Source: Macrostomum lignano (taxonomy: Eukaryota). Taken from it: DNA of 64,000 bases. The stretch spans positions 1 through 64,000 of the forward strand of contig NIVC01002178.1 in assembly GCA_002269645.1 (NCBI GenBank), read 5' to 3'. Below the pieces are notes generated by a model. It was not told the origin of the DNA. It did no database searches and worked only from the letters and a program-made list of their open reading frames with translations. Position 1 is the first letter of the stretch; every line of letters starts with the position of its first letter. Below are positions 62,449 through 64,000 of this stretch, piece after piece. Made by a program: the position numbers and the translations under genes.

Positions 62449-63851
62449 ATGACGCACAGAGCCATACTACGGGCGGACGGGCGGCAGGATATTCCGTTAA
62501 ATCAAAATTTGACAACGATCGGGCATGGAGGTTGCGATATTGTTCTCGATGTAAGCATGGTTGTTGATAGCATTACTATTTAAAGTAGGCGAGAAGCATA
62601 TTTTAACCGAATATTCTATTTTAAAGGCCGACGGAACCGCCGCACTGCATGCTATTGTGGAGTTTTCGTCAGAGAACAACTGCTATGTACTGAGGGACTT
62701 GTCAACGGAGCAGGTGAGTACGATGCTCACTGTTGGAGCTATGAATTAAGCACAATAACCAAAAACTTTTTCGCCAAGCAACACAACGACATTCTAGTAT
62801 CATCTAGCAGAAATCCTCCACCATAATTCTCCATTGTCTGCATCATCTCCTCATCGTATCCAGCATCCTCTCCAACCAATCCAACAATCCTCTACCATTC
62901 TATTCAGTATCCTCTCCATCCTATACAAACATCCTCTCCATCCTATCCAGCATCCTCTCCATCCTATCCAGCATCCTCTCCCCATCCAATCCAGCATCCT
63001 CTCCCCATCCTATTCAGCATCCTCTCCCCATCCTATCCAGCATCCTCTCTTTATCCTATCCAGCACCCTATCCAGCATCCTATCCAGCATCCAGCATCCT
63101 CTCCCCATCCTATTCAGCATCCTCTCCCCATCCTATCCAGCATCCTCTCCCCATCCTATCCAGCATCCTCTCCCCATCCTATCCATCCCGGATCCCGCAG
63201 GGCACATTCGTCAATCACCGGCGCCTGCAGGCCGGCTCCCCCGCCCGACTGTCCCACGGCGATCGTCTCCGATTTGGAGAGCGGCAAAATGGCAACTACC
63301 AGCTGCTGGTGGAGCGCAGCGGCGCCGTCGCCACTTCCGCCTCGTCGCCTGGTCCAGCTTCCAGCTCGTCGCCGGCGCTCTTCCGCTCCAGGCCGCCGCC
63401 GCTTCCGACTATGACGCCACAGCAGCCGCAGTCCTTTCCCACTGTCCGACTTGGCCGGCCGACCAGCGCGGGGCCGCAGATCCCCGGACGTCGGTCCGCC
63501 TCGTCTTCCGCGGCAGCCGCCGCCGCCTCCGCAGCGGCAGCATCGGGCAGCGAGCAGCGCTTGTCGGCTGTGCAGTTCGACCTGCACTGCCTGCAGACCG
63601 AGGCTGCCCAGCGAGCCGCTCAGATGGAGGAGCTGCGCCGGAGACTGGCGGCCAGCGAGGCTGACAGTCGGCAGCGGCTTGGCGCTCTGGAGGCGGAAGT
63701 GGCCGCCAAGGAGGCCGAGGTTAGTGAGCTGCGTCGGGAGCTGGGCCGCGGTCCAGTTGACGGCGAGCTTCGCGAACTCGACCGGTTGCGCAAAGACGCC
63801 GGCATTGCTGGCGGGCTGCTCACCCAGATGCAGAGGGACATGACTGGAAAG
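62449..63851 (+). CDS. FHAD1: Forkhead-associated domain-containing protein 1-like (FHA plus coiled coil), first 3 exons; continues beyond the window
   Basis: Exons 62449-62550, 62627-62713 and 63201-63851, all phase 0. They give LNQNLTTIGHGGCDIVLD|ADG..HAIVEF..YVLRDLSTEQ|GTFVNHRRL...LSHGDRLRFG (an N-terminal FHA domain), followed by coiled coil. Confidence 0.8.
62850..63185. repeat. Pyrimidine-rich ~23-bp repeat in FHAD1 intron 2
   Basis: CATCCTCTCCCCATCCTATCCAG-type units. Confidence 0.85.
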
Positions 63852-63914
63852 GTTTGGCTTTGCGTTTAGAATCTCTCTGACTAATTGCTGAGATGCTTCT
63901 TTTCATTGAATTCC

Positions 63915-64000
63915 ACTCTACACCCTCGCTATCCCCCCGACCCCTAGCTGAGCTAATGTACACTCCCGCTATCCCCCGACCCCTAGCTGAGCTAATGTAC
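63915..64000. repeat. Start of a ~39-bp intronic tandem repeat
   Basis: TACAC(T)CCCGCTATCCCCCGACCCCTAGCTGAGCTAATG, twice, truncated by the window end. Confidence 0.7.

Overview
Eukaryotic (metazoan) genomic DNA with GC-rich exons, AT-rich intergenic blocks and many private tandem-repeat arrays. The style, and 3' splice sites sitting just before start codons, suggest a trans-splicing flatworm such as Macrostomum; that assignment is inference. Genes reconstructed by hand with phase-consistent splice sites: an INSM1/Nerfin-type zinc-finger gene (+); a ~4.6-kb single-exon multi-Tudor gene with two -1 frameshifts and an acidic 37-aa repeat insert (+); an orphan two-exon gene whose last exon is tandemly duplicated (-); a TTLL10-like tubulin glycylase (+); an indoleamine 2,3-dioxygenase-like gene (+); a 3-exon uncharacterised gene (+); a complete 15-exon CFAP74 with a GC-AG intron (-); and the 5' part of FHAD1 (+), head-to-head with CFAP74. 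Mobile DNA: several MITEs (one hAT-type with an 8-bp TSD, one nested pair), a decayed KDZ (Kyakuja-Dileera-Zisupton)-type transposase relic with a mariner fragment beside it, and a tRNA-headed CORE-like SINE. About 20 distinct satellites are present, many filling single introns, and one is telomere-like. No CRISPR, rRNA or true tRNA genes were seen. All family assignments come from motif recognition, not database searches.
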